DNA of 64,000 bases from Podarcis pityusensis (Eukaryota), in assembly GCA_964106645.2 (NCBI GenBank), contig OZ067045.1. One strand, written 5' to 3'. The translations under genes and the position numbers were made by a program. Positions 61,960-64,000 of the stretch are shown here, piece after piece (within the stretch, counting starts at the first letter, position 1; the number at the start of each line of letters is the position of its first letter). Under the pieces are notes generated by a model. It was not told where the DNA came from and did no database searches. It saw only the letters and a program-made list of their open reading frames with translations.

Positions 61960-63790
61960 CGTCTCCTCACTCACCTCCTTGAGCTTCAGGCGCCGGACTC
62001 GGTTCTCGGGGTCCTCGGTGCCGCCTTTCCTCCTTCCCAGCACCGGGTGGCGGAGGCTGCGGCGGAAGACCTCGTAGTCGAAGCGGAACGGGGCTCTCGT
62101 CTGCCGGAGCGGGGCCGCGCTGCCGGTGCCGCTTCCCGCTCCCGCCGCCTTCTTCTCCCCGGGCGGCCCCTGGCGGTGGAGCGGGCTGAGGCGCTCTCGG
62201 CGGGAGGAAGTGGCGGCGGCGGCTTCCATCACCGCCGCCGCCGCCTGCGCGGGGGGGAGTTTGGGGTCCCTGAGGCGACGAGGCGGCGGCGGGGCGGCGG
62301 CGGCGTTGGGCGGGCTGGGGGCGGCATGGCGGCGGCCAGAGTCGGCCCCGGGCGGCGGTGGCGGCGGCGACGTGAGGCTGCGGAGCCCGTCCAAGTCCCC
62401 GCCCGCGTCACCGGCGCCCCCTCGGCGGGGCAAGAAGAGGCGCTTGAAGCGGGAAGAGTCCGGCAGCAGGAAGAGGGCCCCGAAGCAGAGCGTGAGCAGG
62501 CCCGAGAGGAAGAGCAGGAAGAGGAACTTCTGCGGCAGCCGCAGACCCAGCGCCGACGGCGGCCAGCCCGGCATGCCCGGCAGCTTCCGCAGCAGCAGCA
62601 TGGGCGCTCCGCAAGGCCCGGCGCCAGCGGCGGCGAAGCCACCCCGGATCGAAGCTACCGGACCCGGCGCGAGGAGGCTACGAGGGCGGCGGCGGCGGCA
62701 GCAGCAACCTCAGCGGGGCGTCAGACAGGCGACCCGAGCAACCTGCCGGGCGGGATCAAAGGGCGGGTGGTCGGGATCAGCTGCCTCAGAGCAGAGGAGA
62801 GAGCTATATGCTTAATAAAAATGCGCGCCCTGCTCCGTTGAGTGGATCCATCCAGAGACTTAAAAAATAAAATTAAAAATCCCGGTTGTAAAAATAATAA
62901 TTATAATAAAGGGTGGTGGTGCAGGAGTGTGAAAATGCGCGCTTCTCCCGAGCTAGAGTTAAAAATTGGCGTTCTTCAAGAAAGGACACGTGTATCAGTC
63001 TAGACTAGACACCCCAGGAACAGAAACAGAGAGGGACCCACCCGGGCGCGCTTCTTTGCCACCGTCCCACTCTGCTTTGCAGCCCTTGTCCCCGGGAGAA
63101 GTTGCAGCAGCTGCTCCGGGTTGCTCTTCCAGCCGGGCAAGAAGTTGAGGAGTTGCTTGACGAGATGCTCAGCGGAGAGACACGCAGGGAGAGATAAGCA
63201 GCCTCCTCTTCCTGCCTGCCCTCCTGCCGCCTCTTCGCGCACACGCTTGTGAGAGGAGTTCCCCCTTCTGACACGAAGGCTACGGCCGAGGCATCGCTGC
63301 CTCCTTAGGGGTCCTGAGACAGCAGATGGAGGCAGCCCTGGCCAGACAGAAAGGGAGGGGGGGTATCTGGCGGATCTTTCTTTTTCTTTCCCTTTACTTC
63401 GTCCACGCCTTGCTCCCTCCTTGCTTACTGCTGCTGCTATTAAGCACCAGGGGTGCTGTTCTCTGTCTGGTTCAGGGGCAGATCCGGATGGGTGATGGGT
63501 TCATGATGCAGCATTTCTGCAGGGAAAGGCGCGGGAGCTTGGCGCGCTCTGCACAAGGGAGCTGTTGCGCACGGGGGGCGCGATCGGCTGGTCCCAAGCG
63601 CGGCGTTGTCTGCAAGCCCCGCTCCGTGCTTCTCCTCTCTCCATCCACTTCAGCCCGGCCTCTCTCGCTCGCTCTTTTTCCGGACGGACTCACCATCAGC
63701 TTTCGTCTGTTGCAAGCCGCATCCTCGAGGCTTCCCAGATCGGGTTCTTCTGGCAATAATCGGCCGGCTGTTTAGGGAAAAGCCGAACGT
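61960..63790. promoter_or_regulatory. CpG island covering MAN1C1 exon 1, 5'UTR and promoter
   Basis: Very high GC and CpG density against a CpG-depleted background; GGGCGG boxes near 62685 and 62761. The TSS cannot be placed from sequence. Confidence 0.85.
61975..62601 (-). CDS. MAN1C1: MAN1C1 coding exon 1 (cytoplasmic tail, type II TM anchor, Pro/Ala-rich stem; 209 codons)
   Basis: Translation MLLLRKLPG...GLRLPQKFLFLLFLSGLLTLCFGALFLLPDSSRFKRLF...PFRFDYEVFRRSLRHPVLG...LKLKE matches the recalled vertebrate MAN1C1 N-terminus (GLRLPQKFLFLLFLSGL, PFRFD, LRHPVLG). It ends in phase 0 at a consensus donor GAG|GTGAGT (intron starts at 61974). Confidence 0.96.
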
Positions 63791-64000
63791 TCATCTCCTC
63801 CTCCTCCCTCCAAAAAGAAAAAAAGAAAAGGGGAGGATCTACAAGGCCAGAGGAGGGGTTTGGATGGGGCGGAGGGAATAAAAGAAAAGGGGGGGAATCA
63901 AACTACTGTATCGCTAATATCCCTCTTGCTCATCTCTAGGTAAGACTTCGTGGGAATCTCCTTCTTAGCTTGCAAGCAAATGCACCCAATGCAGAGTAAT

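Larger units (their letters stand above)
15821..61974 (-). other. MAN1C1: MAN1C1 intron 1 (46,154 bp, GT-AG, phase 0)
   Basis: Bounded by the exon 1 donor and the exon 2 acceptor; KE|MM joins in frame. Confidence 0.92.

Noticed and set aside
62126-62815. Overlapping 229-aa, 137-aa and 68-aa ORFs in other frames of exon 1
   Set aside because: Low-complexity Arg/Ala/Gly translations expected from a stop-poor CpG island.
63326-63775. 149-aa + strand ORF and a + strand donor-like AG|GTAAGA near 63940, suggesting a divergent gene
   Set aside because: No recognisable protein similarity; GC-rich promoter sequence explains the ORF, and a single donor-like motif is insufficient.

Overview
This is vertebrate DNA, not prokaryotic. 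The repeat content (Sauria SINE, Squam3-like tRNA SINE, Bov-B, CR1, L2, MITEs) points to a squamate, most likely a lacertid lizard; this is inferred from recalled repeat consensus sequences. The window holds the 5' part of one minus-strand gene, MAN1C1 (Golgi alpha-1,2-mannosidase IC, GH47): a CpG-island promoter/5'UTR (~61960-63790), coding exon 1 (61975-62601), a 46.2-kb intron 1, the 97-bp exon 2 (15724-15820) and over 15.7 kb of intron 2. Exon 3 was not found in the window. Almost all other ORFs in the track are chance ORFs or repeat-derived. The introns contain SINEs, CR1/L2/L1/Bov-B fragments, Tc1-mariner, hAT and Harbinger-type MITEs, and two solo LTRs defined here by TG...CA termini and exact 5-bp target-site duplications (TSDs). 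I found no convincing new multi-gene system. The best leads are: (i) a solo LTR carrying a decayed acidic/Trp-rich frame that ends in a possible RRSLRL-type motif; (ii) a possible intronic-polyadenylated, catalytically dead MAN1C1 isoform; (iii) a perfect 31-bp hairpin inside a MITE; (iv) a second solo LTR nested in a SINE. Repeat family names come from recognition, not a database search, and boundaries of old repeats are approximate.
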